The notes below the pieces were generated by a model. It worked only from the letters and a program-made list of their open reading frames with translations, did no database searches and was not told the DNA's origin. Shown here piece by piece: positions 26,595-36,152 of a stretch of 37,975 bases of DNA (position 1 is its first letter; each line of letters begins with the position of its first letter). The DNA lies in IMG/VR virus record IMGVR_UViG_2695420398_000011; one strand, given 5' to 3'. This stretch comes from a virus (lineage: Duplodnaviria > Heunggongvirae > Uroviricota > Caudoviricetes). Both the position numbers and the translations under genes were made by a program.

Positions 26595-29438
26595 TCAATC
26601 TTTATCGTAAAAACTGCCACGCCCGGCACGGGCGCGCCGTTCCATTTCTGCCCTGACCATTTCACCGACCAGTTTCGCCAGTTCGTGGGGATTCTGCGTA
26701 ACAACGTTATGCAGATGAACATGAATTTCACCACCAAATCCGGAGGCAACAGGCTCCCGGTTACGGGAAGTTGCAGGCACTGATGCTACTGGTGATCGTA
26801 TGGCCTCCGCCACCGGGCGGGTGCTGGCCGCAACAACAGGGACCAGCGCCGGAGGCAGCGGAGCCGGAACCACGGGGGTGATATTAATTGCGGGGGCAGG
26901 CTTACTGACCTGCGCAATCTTCCGCTCCTGCCACTCCCCACGAACAGCAAGTGCGCGGGGCAGGTTCTTAAAGACAATATCGCCGGGGCCAATGCGTTTT
27001 TTCGTCTCATCAACCAGCTTACCTGTGTTATCAGCAATTTTGCTTAGTCTGCGCAGCGTACCGGTATTGCTGTCTGTGAGCGGTTTGTTGTCTTTGGGTT
27101 TATCACCTCCGGTGCCATTGCCATTTTCCACAGGCTTCGGCGGATTGATTTTCGCCAGGTCCCCCTGAAGCAAGGCAACCTTGTCCTGAAGAATGGCAGC
27201 ACGCTGTGCGTCTTCGATTTTCTTGCGCGCCCTTTCCGCTTCATCCGGAAGCACACCGAGCTTTTCAAGTATCCACGCCAGCGTATCCAGCAACATTTTT
27301 GCAGGTGTCAGAACAAGTTGTAACGCACCGCCAAGAACGTTACCGAATATCTCGCCAGCACTGGTACATTTATCCAGCGTTTCCTTGCTGGACTCCATCG
27401 GTGACAGCAGCGATTTAAACCAGTTAAACACCTGGCTGATCCCACTCCCGATTGCGTCAAAAACAGGACCAAACCGTTCAAAGGTTTCGCGCAACGGGGT
27501 CAGCCTTTCCATAATCCCGCTGAACACCCCGGCAAAAAATGCCCTGATGGGATCCCAGTATTTCCAGATAAGAACGGCAGCTCCGGCAAGCGCAGCCACG
27601 ATAAGACCAACCGGACTGAACAACGCCCCGATAGCGCCTCCCAGTAAAGAAACGGAACCCGTCACCATTCCCCATAGTGCTGGCAGAACCCTGACAGCAT
27701 TCATTGATCCGGTCAGGAGGGAAAAACCAAGACGCAGTTTTGCCAGCGGGCCAGCAAGCACACCAATAGCCAGCGACAACGAGCCAACCGTTGCAGTCAT
27801 TGCCAGCAGTGCACTGCCTGCAATCAGTAGCTGGCGCGTCAGTGCGGGATGGGCCTGCGCCAGCGCCGTCACCTTTGATACCACACGCGTGAGCCACTGC
27901 GTGACAGAACGCAGCGGACCGTCAATCAGATCTGCAATGCGGATGCGCAACCCTTCCCATGCACTGCTGAGTGATTTCAGATCGCCGTCAAGGTTGTTGG
28001 CCATAACCTTTGCCGTGCGTTCAGCCTCACCGCGCGCGCCTTCAAGTTCTTTTCTCAGTTTGGGTAAGGAGCCGTCACCTGCCGCATCAACGAGGGCCAT
28101 AAATGATGTGAAAGCCTCTTCTCCGGCAATGTCCTTAAAGAACGATACCCGGTCAACTTCCCCGTATTTGCGGGTAGCTTTATAAAGGTCAGCCAGCACA
28201 TCCTCCATCGGGCGCATTTTGCCCCCGGCATCCGAGACAGACACGCCAAGCTCTTTCAGCGCCTCTGCTGCCGCCTTTGGCGGTGATGCCAGACGAGCCA
28301 GGCTGGCACGCATTGCCGTCCCGGCATCACTCCCTCTGATACCCATATTCGCCAGCACGCCCGCCATCGCTGCGGCCTGCTCCAGCGATATTCCCAGCTT
28401 ACCCGCCACCGGACCTGCATATTTCATGGTTTCGCCCAGCGCGCGAAGGTCAGTGTTAGTACGGGTAAACGCTGCTGTAAGCGTGTCACCGACCCGGTCC
28501 ATCTGGTCAGCGGAGAGGCCGAACTGCGTCAGGATATTTGAGCCAATATCCGCCGTCTCGCCAAGGTCCATACCGCCAGCCGTTGCCATGCTCAGCACGC
28601 CCGGAAGCGCAGCCTGAATGGCCTGCGGTGTGAAGCCAGCCATTGCAAGAAATGCCTGCCCACTGGCGGCATCGCCTGCGGTGAACTGCGTTTCAGAGCC
28701 AAGTTTTAACGCCTGCTCACGCAGCGCCTTAAACTGCGGGCTGTTTTTGTCGATTCGCGTCAGTGCCTGAACGCGGGACATCTCTTTCCCGAACCCGATC
28801 GCAGGCTGCAAAAAACGCCCGACAGCATAGCCGCCCGCCGCTGCCGCACCAATTGCCAGCGCACCACCTGTTTTCAGTTTTCCCGCTGTTTCCTGCGCGC
28901 TCGAATACCGCTCACGCGCCCGCGTTACACGCGCAAGCGCCTGCCGTTCGCGTTCAAGCTGGTTGTTGTATTGTTCGGTGCGTCTGATGGCCTGCTGGAT
29001 GGTGTTATCGCTGCCTGTCAGGGAAATGCCGTGGCGTTTCAGCTCTCCGCCAAGCTCCCGCATTTTCTGAATTTCCCGTGCGCGCGATTCATTCAGGCGT
29101 TCAAGCCGGGTGCTTAACTGCTGCATCAGCTTTTGTTGTTTTTCGCTGAGCACTGTACCCGTGCGTTGTAACTGATTAAGGGCGTTAAGCTGGCGTCGTG
29201 CTTTCAATATGCCAGCATCCGCTTTACTGACAGCGTCACGGGCGCGCTCAAATGATCGCGCCTGACGCTCGAGATTTTTGATCGCCCCCTGCGTTCGCTG
29301 GATGGAGTCACCAAACTGCCCCATCAGGCGGCGGGCGTTTTCGGCAGGACGGGTCAGCCTGTCAACGGCGCTGAAAGCGACCCGGATATCAAGAGTCTTC
29401 ATTGTCTGCATTCCCGCTGCGAAGTGCCGCCCGCTCAC
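26595..29438 (-). CDS. T: Tail tape-measure protein (P2 gpT-like)
   Basis: 947-aa ORF; coiled-coil N-terminus, Ala/Gly-rich hydrophobic middle; conserved position after E/E'. Confidence 0.85.
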   Translation of the reverse strand: MSGRHFAAGMQTMKTLDIRVAFSAVDRLTRPAENARRLMGQFGDSIQRTQGAIKNLERQARSFERARDAVSKADAGILKARRQLNALNQLQRTGTVLSEKQQKLMQQLSTRLERLNESRAREIQKMRELGGELKRHGISLTGSDNTIQQAIRRTEQYNNQLERERQALARVTRARERYSSAQETAGKLKTGGALAIGAAAAGGYAVGRFLQPAIGFGKEMSRVQALTRIDKNSPQFKALREQALKLGSETQFTAGDAASGQAFLAMAGFTPQAIQAALPGVLSMATAGGMDLGETADIGSNILTQFGLSADQMDRVGDTLTAAFTRTNTDLRALGETMKYAGPVAGKLGISLEQAAAMAGVLANMGIRGSDAGTAMRASLARLASPPKAAAEALKELGVSVSDAGGKMRPMEDVLADLYKATRKYGEVDRVSFFKDIAGEEAFTSFMALVDAAGDGSLPKLRKELEGARGEAERTAKVMANNLDGDLKSLSSAWEGLRIRIADLIDGPLRSVTQWLTRVVSKVTALAQAHPALTRQLLIAGSALLAMTATVGSLSLAIGVLAGPLAKLRLGFSLLTGSMNAVRVLPALWGMVTGSVSLLGGAIGALFSPVGLIVAALAGAAVLIWKYWDPIRAFFAGVFSGIMERLTPLRETFERFGPVFDAIGSGISQVFNWFKSLLSPMESSKETLDKCTSAGEIFGNVLGGALQLVLTPAKMLLDTLAWILEKLGVLPDEAERARKKIEDAQRAAILQDKVALLQGDLAKINPPKPVENGNGTGGDKPKDNKPLTDSNTGTLRRLSKIADNTGKLVDETKKRIGPGDIVFKNLPRALAVRGEWQERKIAQVSKPAPAINITPVVPAPLPPALVPVVAASTRPVAEAIRSPVASVPATSRNREPVASGFGGEIHVHLHNVVTQNPHELAKLVGEMVRAEMERRARAGRGSFYDKD

Positions 29439-29625
29439 GCCAGCTAACCACTTCGCCGGGCGTCATCATGAAGATTTCGGCGGGCGACCAGTTAAAAATG
29501 GCGGCAATATCCGCCACAAAGTCTTCTATGTGCTCAAAGCACACAACCGTGATCAGGCTTCCGTCGCCTGTTCGTTCTTCCCGCCAGAGTCCGCACCGCT
29601 CAAAAAATTTACGGCAACCACACAT
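29389..29625 (-). CDS. E' frame: -1 frameshift extension of tail assembly chaperone (E+E')
   Basis: ORF in the -1 frame relative to E, overlapping E's 3' end; slippery heptamer T_TTT_TTG on the minus strand at 29601-29607 inside the overlap. Confidence 0.55.
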   Translation of the reverse strand: MCGCRKFFERCGLWREERTGDGSLITVVCFEHIEDFVADIAAIFNWSPAEIFMMTPGEVVSWRERAALRSGNADNEDS

Positions 29626-29918
29626 AACTGAATAAAGTCACGGGATGCCATTTTTTTGATCGTCACTTCATCCAGTCGCGGTGATGTCACGCGTGACAGC
29701 AGCGTAAACATGGATTCCGCTTTCAAATTCAGCACATCAGACAGCGACAAATCTCGCAGAGATCCAGCCTGCTCAATAGCCCCGGTGATCTCCACATACG
29801 TGATTTTTTCGCCGCCTCGCTCAATTGGTTGGGTAAGTTTTACGCCACGCTCACTGGTTTCTTTCACAGTGTCAGTAACTACCGTGTTTTCGGTATCGAT
29901 GTTTTTCGTCTCTTTCAT
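29553..29918 (-). CDS. E: Tail assembly chaperone (P2 gpE-like)
   Basis: 121-aa ORF between tail tube and tape-measure genes; contains the frameshift site. Confidence 0.7.
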   Translation of the reverse strand: MKETKNIDTENTVVTDTVKETSERGVKLTQPIERGGEKITYVEITGAIEQAGSLRDLSLSDVLNLKAESMFTLLSRVTSPRLDEVTIKKMASRDFIQLCVVAVNFLSGADSGGKNEQATEA

Positions 29919-29972
29919 CAGGGAACTCCTTTCAGTCAGAGGCGACGCACTGCGCCGCCTGCATATTACTTA

Positions 29973-30485
29973 TCAGCCAAGCCCGAGCGCGGAACGGATG
30001 CGATCGGGCACAATGTCCTTGCCGTCCTTCCGGTAAATGAAGTTCAGCAGGTCAATCTCCCACAACGGGCGATCGTTAACGCTCAGCTTGTAGTAGGTGT
30101 TTTTAATGGCGTAAGTGTGTGATGTGGCTTCGCCCTGTTTGGCTTCCCCCATATCAATTTCCGTCACGCGTCCGCGCATTTCGACTTCATACAGGTCGCT
30201 TTCTGCATCGGTGTAGTATTCACCCGCAAAACGCAGCAGCGTGCCGTCAATCGTGCCGCCATACTTAAGGAACAGCTCACGAACTGCGCCCCCCATGACA
30301 AAGCTCGCATCAAGCGCGGAGTCGTCCAGACCGAGATCAATACTTACCGCCCCCATCATGCCACCACCCCGGTAGCTGTCGGTTTTGCGCGTCAGCTTAG
30401 GCAGAGTGACGGACGTCACCTTACCCACTTCGTTTTCACCATCCACAAACAGCGTAAAAAAGCGAAGATGTTTTGGCACAGCCAT
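29973..30485 (-). CDS. FII: Tail tube protein (P2 gpFII-like)
   Basis: 170-aa ORF directly downstream of sheath gene. Confidence 0.85.
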   Translation of the reverse strand: MAVPKHLRFFTLFVDGENEVGKVTSVTLPKLTRKTDSYRGGGMMGAVSIDLGLDDSALDASFVMGGAVRELFLKYGGTIDGTLLRFAGEYYTDAESDLYEVEMRGRVTEIDMGEAKQGEATSHTYAIKNTYYKLSVNDRPLWEIDLLNFIYRKDGKDIVPDRIRSALGLG

Positions 30486-31669
30486 CAGGCACCTCCCAGC
30501 ACCGCAAATGCGGGTTCAAAGTATTCATCAGTAAACGTCTGGTAAAGCTCCATGTCTTCCAGTGGCGGAACGGGCGTATATTTGTAGCGAATACGCACAC
30601 GCCCCTGACGTAAATCCGTGGTGCTGTTATCCACCACGTCATACCAGCACTCCGCGCCAATCAGCTTCCCGGCAGTAACCAGTGAATCCAGTTTTGCCCT
30701 GATGGCACTGATAACATCCTTCACGTTCGCGGGTGTTAATGGACTGTCGATGGTTTCAAACTGCGCTTCCGCAATTGAATCAGCCAGCACCTGTGCGGTT
30801 CGGATATACACCTCAAAGATGTAGGCGTTCGTTTCCGGTGTGCGGTTGCCCCAGAAGCGGAACCCGTTGCGACGAATAATGGTCGTGATTTCTTTGTTGT
30901 TGAGGCTGTTGGCATCGCTGTCTTCGGCCTGCAACGACCAGAACACATGCCTCGACATCCCCAGCACATTTTTAACCGGAACGTTGGACAGTGATTTGTG
31001 CCATCCCTGCTCATGGTCAATGTACGCACGAAGGCCGCACGCATAGGCAGGCGCGGGGAACGTTTCGTTTTTGCCACTTTTCGGGTTGTAGGCGATGAAG
31101 TCCGGCCATAAGAGCATCACCTCACGTTCGTTGAATTTCTGGCGGTAGGTAATCGCCTCAGCCATCGTGTTACAGCCGTGACATGAGGCATACACAAACG
31201 CGCGCAGTTTACCTGCAATCACGCACAGGGATTTTGTTACAGCCTCCGTGTCCAGCTCCGGCGCGGCCAGAATACGCGGACGGTATCCGATGCTTTCATC
31301 CTGCTCTGCAACAAGCAGCGCATACATCCCCGTATAGCTGCCGTCATCCTCAGAACCACCGATAACCAGTTGATCCTGCGTCTTTCCGTCTTCTTCTTTG
31401 TGTTCAGCCACGCGAACGACGATCACCTTTGTGCTCACCTGGTCTGCGATGGCCTTAAGCGCACGATAAAGCGTCCCCGTTGTCCCGCATTTTCCCAGCA
31501 CGTCATTGACGCGGGTCAGCAGTGTGGGCTTGTTCAGCGGGAACAGCTTCGCGTCCGCATCATCCGCCGTTGCCACGATACCGATAACGCTGGAATCAAC
31601 ATCGTTAATCGCTGTTACCAGGTCGGTATTTTCCGTAACACGGGCACCATGAAAACGAGTTTCACTCAT
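30485..31669 (-). CDS. FI: Contractile tail sheath protein (P2 gpFI-like)
   Basis: 394-aa ORF; motifs FPLNKP, KLRAF, REVMLLWPDF, IRRNGFRFWGNRT, YKYTPVPPLE parallel P2 FI as recalled. Confidence 0.9.
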   Translation of the reverse strand: MSETRFHGARVTENTDLVTAINDVDSSVIGIVATADDADAKLFPLNKPTLLTRVNDVLGKCGTTGTLYRALKAIADQVSTKVIVVRVAEHKEEDGKTQDQLVIGGSEDDGSYTGMYALLVAEQDESIGYRPRILAAPELDTEAVTKSLCVIAGKLRAFVYASCHGCNTMAEAITYRQKFNEREVMLLWPDFIAYNPKSGKNETFPAPAYACGLRAYIDHEQGWHKSLSNVPVKNVLGMSRHVFWSLQAEDSDANSLNNKEITTIIRRNGFRFWGNRTPETNAYIFEVYIRTAQVLADSIAEAQFETIDSPLTPANVKDVISAIRAKLDSLVTAGKLIGAECWYDVVDNSTTDLRQGRVRIRYKYTPVPPLEDMELYQTFTDEYFEPAFAVLGGA

Positions 31670-31826
31670 AGCTTCAGCCCCTTGTATCCGTTAAATGATT
31701 CGGCAACAATCATCACCCACCACGCGCGTAATCTCACCCCTGCGCCGTTCTCCCGATTCGGCGACAACAAAAAGCAGTAACCCCTTCCGCACGCACATGC
31801 GACCATGCCGCACAGGGAGGGAACAG

Positions 31827-32936
31827 ATGACTGATACCACCATGCAATTGCTCAGTCAGGGCACAGACCCCGTGAAAATGCCGGATTTTGATATTCTCGC
31901 GGAGGGTAAAACGCTGTCCGGCGTGGCAGAGCGCCTGATGAACCTGTCACTGACCGACAACCGGGGATTTGAAGCAGACCAGCTCACCATCACGCTGGAT
32001 GATGCGGATGGTCAGTTGCAGCTACCGCCACGGGGCGCGCGCCTGACGGTTCTCATTGGCTGGAAAGGAGAACCGCTGACAGAAAAAGGCACTTACATCG
32101 TTGATGAAATCGCTCACGAGGGACCGCCGGACAGACTGACTGTTTCAGCCAGAAGCGCAGATTTTCGGGATGAATTTAACGTTAAACGTGAGGTGTCATG
32201 GCATGATGTGACCGTTGAGCGTGTGGTATCCGCCATCGCTCATCGGTACGGCCTGAAACCGCAAATCAGCGAAATGCTGATGGATATCGAAATCGACCAC
32301 GCCGACCAGACCGAAGAAAGCGACATGTCCTTCCTTACGCGCATGGCGGAAATGCTGGGCGCAATCACCACAGTAAAAAGCGGTAATCTGTTATTCATCA
32401 TGCCAGGCGGTGGCGTGAACGCACAGGGCCAGCCGTTGCCATCGTTCGCCATCACTCGCAGCAGTGGCGATCGCCATCAGTTCCGCATTGCTGACCGCGA
32501 AGCGTATACGGGGGTACGCGCTTACTGGCTTGATCTTAATTACGGGAAAAAGAAAAAAGTCAGCGTGAAACGCCGCAAACCGAAAAAAGAGAAAAGCAGC
32601 AGCCGTGAAGGTGACTATATGGAAGGTTCGGAAGGCAACGTGTTTGTGTTACGCAAAACTTATCAGAACGAACAGGCAGCAAGACGCGCAGCGGCGGCAA
32701 AGTGGCAGCAGCTACAACGCAGAGCCGCATCATTCTCCATCACACTGGCACGTGGACGCGCAGAACTCTACCCCGAAATGCATGGCACGGTGACAGGCTT
32801 CAAAAGTGACATCGACAATCAGGACTGGATTATTGCAAAAGCCGAGCACACCATTGATAACAGCGGCTTTACCACGCAGCTTGAGCTTGAGGCAAAAATC
32901 CCAGAGTGGATAGCAGAAACAGAGCGAGCAACATAG
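31827..32936 (+). CDS. D: Tail protein D / late control protein D (P2 gpD-like)
   Basis: ATG 31827 preceded by GGGAGGG; 369 aa with a Lys-rich central linker; plus strand, divergent from the FI-U block. Confidence 0.8.
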   Translation: MTDTTMQLLSQGTDPVKMPDFDILAEGKTLSGVAERLMNLSLTDNRGFEADQLTITLDDADGQLQLPPRGARLTVLIGWKGEPLTEKGTYIVDEIAHEGPPDRLTVSARSADFRDEFNVKREVSWHDVTVERVVSAIAHRYGLKPQISEMLMDIEIDHADQTEESDMSFLTRMAEMLGAITTVKSGNLLFIMPGGGVNAQGQPLPSFAITRSSGDRHQFRIADREAYTGVRAYWLDLNYGKKKKVSVKRRKPKKEKSSSREGDYMEGSEGNVFVLRKTYQNEQAARRAAAAKWQQLQRRAASFSITLARGRAELYPEMHGTVTGFKSDIDNQDWIIAKAEHTIDNSGFTTQLELEAKIPEWIAETERAT

Positions 32937-33041
32937 ATACATTAGTTCATGCATAAGCTGGCCAGCTTACTACAAAAAGCTAGAATAAATTTGGCAATCC
33001 GCACAAATTAACAGGAGGCAGCTCAGGCCTCCGTGGTTGAA

Positions 33042-33509
33042 TTATTGTTTAATGGCGTTTTCTATCCATGTCGCCAAATTGTTCTTGATATCGCTATAAG
33101 CGTCGTTAAAGTTAGGTTCATATACGAGTGGTTTAATTACTCGATCGCCTCGCTTAAATGTAAATTGGTCGAAAGGATTCGGTCCTTTTGTCCCATAGCC
33201 GTTACGAGGGCATTTCAGTCGATGAATATAAATACCCACCACAGCCTTACCCTCTTTCCAGGCTCTTTCGATCTCATACTTGACCCATGGGCGATTAGCC
33301 GTTTGACTCCCGATCAGTACTACTAAGCAGGATTTGCCATTTAAGCTCTGATTAATCCAATTCTTCACGCCCTGCTCAGTTCGTTTAATTTGTTCCCAAG
33401 TATTTGGGCTAACCGGTTCATCCCCCTCCAGCACTCCCATGTTACGAATCTGCTGTACCCGCATAACATCGTTATCAAAGTGAAAGCTGTAAAATACCTT
33501 ACGTTTCAT
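33042..33509 (-). CDS. thsB: Thoeris ThsB (TIR-like domain protein)
   Basis: 155 aa; KVFYSFHFDND...CLVVLIGSQTANRPWVKYEIERA...GKAVVGIYIH...KGPNPFD parallels Bacillus ThsB (RVFFSFHYQD..CVLIGSQTFNRRWVRYEI..KGPNPFD) as recalled. Confidence 0.85.
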   Translation of the reverse strand: MKRKVFYSFHFDNDVMRVQQIRNMGVLEGDEPVSPNTWEQIKRTEQGVKNWINQSLNGKSCLVVLIGSQTANRPWVKYEIERAWKEGKAVVGIYIHRLKCPRNGYGTKGPNPFDQFTFKRGDRVIKPLVYEPNFNDAYSDIKNNLATWIENAIKQ

Positions 33510-33511
33510 AT

Positions 33512-34978
33512 CTAACCTCCTAGTTTCTTTAAAATTTCTAAAACTTTCATTTCGATATTTGCCCGATTAGCAGAGAGATCTGCAAGCTGAGCAACTTCCT
33601 TTTCCAACCAAGGGTACCGGACAAAATGTTTACTTGGATCCGTCAGCATCTCGTCAGCTAGTTCCTTGGCCATATAACCAGTGACGCCAAGTGGAAGCAC
33701 GACAACCCCTGTTTCCTGAGCAATTTGAAACTCCCTTCGGACCCCATCAGCATTAACGATTCGACCATCATGGAGTTTATTCCCAAAAAGGAATATAGCG
33801 ATTCCAGAAAGACCAATCATACGCTGCCGATATTCGTCCCATAGCTCGCTCAGGGCTTTATCGTTTGATGAGTGTTGAGGGAATGGCCGCATGATAAGTT
33901 GCTCTTCTGAGTACTTATCAGGCTTAGAATAAATGGCTTCAAGAGCTCCGTTGATGACCGCACTACCAATACCCCATCCAAACCCATTGACAACTCGATA
34001 GCCATTCTTCACCAAAGATGACGAAAGTATGTGTACAAAGTTTAGTGCTTCCTGTTTGTCCCAAGCGCCATACTCTTCTGCACTACCAGATATAAATATG
34101 GTCTTCTTGAGGAAGCGACTCTCAATCTCTTTCAATATAAGTGGAATATCATCGTACTCGTTTACTAATACAGCCTGAATGCCAAAACGGAGCAAATCGC
34201 GAATATGATGTTCTTGCCTACGCTGCCTATACATAGCGCCAGCTTCATCTTCATTTCCTTGCGGCAGAGAGGGTTCCTTACGAAGAAAGCAGTAGTGTCT
34301 ACGACGATGCTTCTCCGGAACATGCAATCGGCTCAATATGTAATCAAGATTAGGATCAGTAAAACTGAAGCCAATAAATAAGAATGTCTTAGAAATCAAA
34401 TCTCCACTCAATGCTGTAACAAACCCCTCATGGGTCTTGTAGTACTGCTCATACTGAGCTTTATAAAGTATGGCGTCACCTGGCGAGCTAACATCACCAT
34501 GCATTTTGTAAACAACAGCATCTCGTTTAGGACGAGTGGAAATAAGATCATCGGTTCTGCGTTTAATATCTGCGACACGGTAGTTTTCTTTGAGACTATC
34601 TTCAATCAAAGTGTCATAGTTGGTTGTCCAATAAGTTCTAATGGGTAGTCTAGCAAGGATTTTATGGGCTTCGGAAGGTTCCGCTTGCTCCGAGAATTCC
34701 TCTAGGATTTTTCTAGCTAAACCAGTTGAGCTGTTGTTCTTGTTGACATGGTATTGTGCAACCGAAATTAAGTCGTGCTCTAGCTCAACAGAAAGGCCTA
34801 ATTCTTCAGCAATTTCACGCAGCAGTTCACTCCAATTAACGAAGCCGCTGGTTCTAGATAGGCCCGCACCAGCAAAAACGGCGGCAACCCCTTCTTCGAG
34901 ATCCTTCACATAAGTCCTGATAAAAGCTTCAACTTCAGCCGAAAACTGAACACTCATATTTTTAGACAATCCGGTCAA
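33512..34978 (-). CDS. thsA: Thoeris ThsA (N-terminal SIR2 domain, C-terminal SLOG domain)
   Basis: 488 aa; SIR2 hallmarks FAGAGLS, TTNYD, MHGD; C-terminal FISGSAEEYG...GFGWGIGSAVINGALE typical of SLOG; directly upstream of thsB on the same strand; AT-rich. Confidence 0.85.
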   Translation of the reverse strand: MTGLSKNMSVQFSAEVEAFIRTYVKDLEEGVAAVFAGAGLSRTSGFVNWSELLREIAEELGLSVELEHDLISVAQYHVNKNNSSTGLARKILEEFSEQAEPSEAHKILARLPIRTYWTTNYDTLIEDSLKENYRVADIKRRTDDLISTRPKRDAVVYKMHGDVSSPGDAILYKAQYEQYYKTHEGFVTALSGDLISKTFLFIGFSFTDPNLDYILSRLHVPEKHRRRHYCFLRKEPSLPQGNEDEAGAMYRQRRQEHHIRDLLRFGIQAVLVNEYDDIPLILKEIESRFLKKTIFISGSAEEYGAWDKQEALNFVHILSSSLVKNGYRVVNGFGWGIGSAVINGALEAIYSKPDKYSEEQLIMRPFPQHSSNDKALSELWDEYRQRMIGLSGIAIFLFGNKLHDGRIVNADGVRREFQIAQETGVVVLPLGVTGYMAKELADEMLTDPSKHFVRYPWLEKEVAQLADLSANRANIEMKVLEILKKLGG

Positions 34979-34996
34979 AAGATAGACATAAACTTC

Positions 34997-35227
34997 TTAC
35001 CACAAACTAACCTTTGTAGTTCTATACACCGCTTTTACGCTGTGCTTTAGTATCCAAATGGATTCATTACTACTGGGGTCAGTACCTATTGAGTAAGTAG
35101 GTAGAAAGCCATTACTAGCTCCAATACTCGCTAAGTATATGAGGCAATTAGGTGGTATTTTCAAGTTCACCGAGCCTGATACAGGGCCATAGGAATAAAT
35201 AGTCACATTTTCGTAGCTCTTTTCCAC
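34997..35227 (-). CDS. Questionable small ORF upstream of thsA
   Basis: 76-aa ORF in AT-rich leader region; no domain evidence; may instead be the thsAB promoter region. Confidence 0.2.
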   Translation of the reverse strand: MEKSYENVTIYSYGPVSGSVNLKIPPNCLIYLASIGASNGFLPTYSIGTDPSSNESIWILKHSVKAVYRTTKVSLW

Positions 35228-35370
35228 TATTGGTAGTTAAATAATTACTTTCACTTTATCGCTCAAAGCGTACTCTCAGGTTTATTGCTTTTTAGTTACA
35301 TAAACCGTCAGTTAGAGTTTGTACCTGTACAACCTAGAATAACGGTAGCAACACGTTTGGGGAGGTCGCA

Positions 35371-35631
35371 ATGTTCCGTTGTCCACTTTGTGGTGCATCT
35401 GCCCGTATCCGCACCAGTCGTCCGGAAAATGATTCAAACACTGTACGACAAAAGTATTACCAGTGTAATAACTTAGAATGCGGCGTATGCTTCTCAACAC
35501 TGGAAGCTTTTCATAAGTTCACATCAAAACACACCTCCTGCGTTCACTCTTCAGGGGATATTCCGTGGCATGAGCTGCCAGCTTCACACAAGGGAAACAA
35601 TCAGATGAGTTTGCCTTTACCTCAGAATTAA
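35371..35631 (+). CDS. ogr: Zinc-finger late-gene transcription activator (Ogr/Delta family)
   Basis: 86 aa; MFRCPLCGASARIRTSR...YYQCNNLECGVCF matches the Ogr C2C2 pattern (MFHCPLC..ARTSR..YHQCQNVNCSATF) as recalled. Confidence 0.85.
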   Translation: MFRCPLCGASARIRTSRPENDSNTVRQKYYQCNNLECGVCFSTLEAFHKFTSKHTSCVHSSGDIPWHELPASHKGNNQMSLPLPQN

Positions 35632-35719
35632 CAAGCAGAATTGCCGGAGTAGCAAAAAAGCGATAGATTACGCGCGGGTGCCTTTCGGCTGATGGTCGGA
35701 GGGAATACCCGAAGGCCAG

Positions 35720-35956
35720 ATGTGGAAAGGCCCCGGAAAAACATCTCTGTTTAACCGAGGCCCTAACCGCATTACCTTGACAAGTGAAAGGTTAGCGCCT
35801 CTCCGGAAAAGGAGCAAGTGCTATGTCGCAAAAATCGCTTACGGCCATCACGTTCTGCGTGACGGCAATCCTCATCATCTGGATGCTGCACGGTTCGCTG
35901 TGCGAAATACGGATGAGCTTCTGGGGAGCGGAGTTTGCGGCGTTCTTACAGTGTAA
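35720..35956 (+). CDS. mok-like overlapping reading frame of the hok-like locus
   Basis: 78-aa ORF in a different frame that starts upstream of and spans the hok-like ORF, as in hok/mok/sok loci. Confidence 0.35.
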   Translation: MWKGPGKTSLFNRGPNRITLTSERLAPLRKRSKCYVAKIAYGHHVLRDGNPHHLDAARFAVRNTDELLGSGVCGVLTV

Positions 35957-35963
35957 GCAGTAA
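35823..35963 (+). CDS. Hok/Gef-family type I toxin (small membrane peptide)
   Basis: 46-aa ORF MSQKSLTAITFCVTAILIIWMLHGSLCEIRMSFWGAEFAAFLQCKQ; TM helix plus conserved SLCEI(R) and AAF motifs of Hok proteins; structured 5' leader; 3' hairpin at about 35975-35995. Confidence 0.7.
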   Translation: MSQKSLTAITFCVTAILIIWMLHGSLCEIRMSFWGAEFAAFLQCKQ

Positions 35964-36049
35964 GGAAACCGCGACGGGGGAGCAATCCCCCGTCAATCGG
36001 TTGCCAAGGTAAGGTCGATAAGGCACCCTATCTCATAGAGATGAATAAC

Positions 36050-36085
36050 AAACCCGCAGCGTAAAAACTGCGGGGTTTCTTTTTG
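36050..36085 (+). terminator. Rho-independent terminator
   Basis: Stem CCCGCAG / CTGCGGG with 8-nt loop followed by a T-run (TTTCTTTTT). Confidence 0.5.
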
Positions 36086-36152
36086 GAACTCTCACTAGCT
36101 AGTGTACCGTTAGCGGCACATAATGCTCGCACAACAAACCAGTTAAAAGAGA

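Noticed and set aside
26800-28617. Plus-strand ORFs (for example 27193..28185, 330 aa) antisense to the tape-measure gene.
   Set aside because: Ser/Ala/Pro-rich antisense frames of a GC-rich tape-measure gene are a typical artefact.
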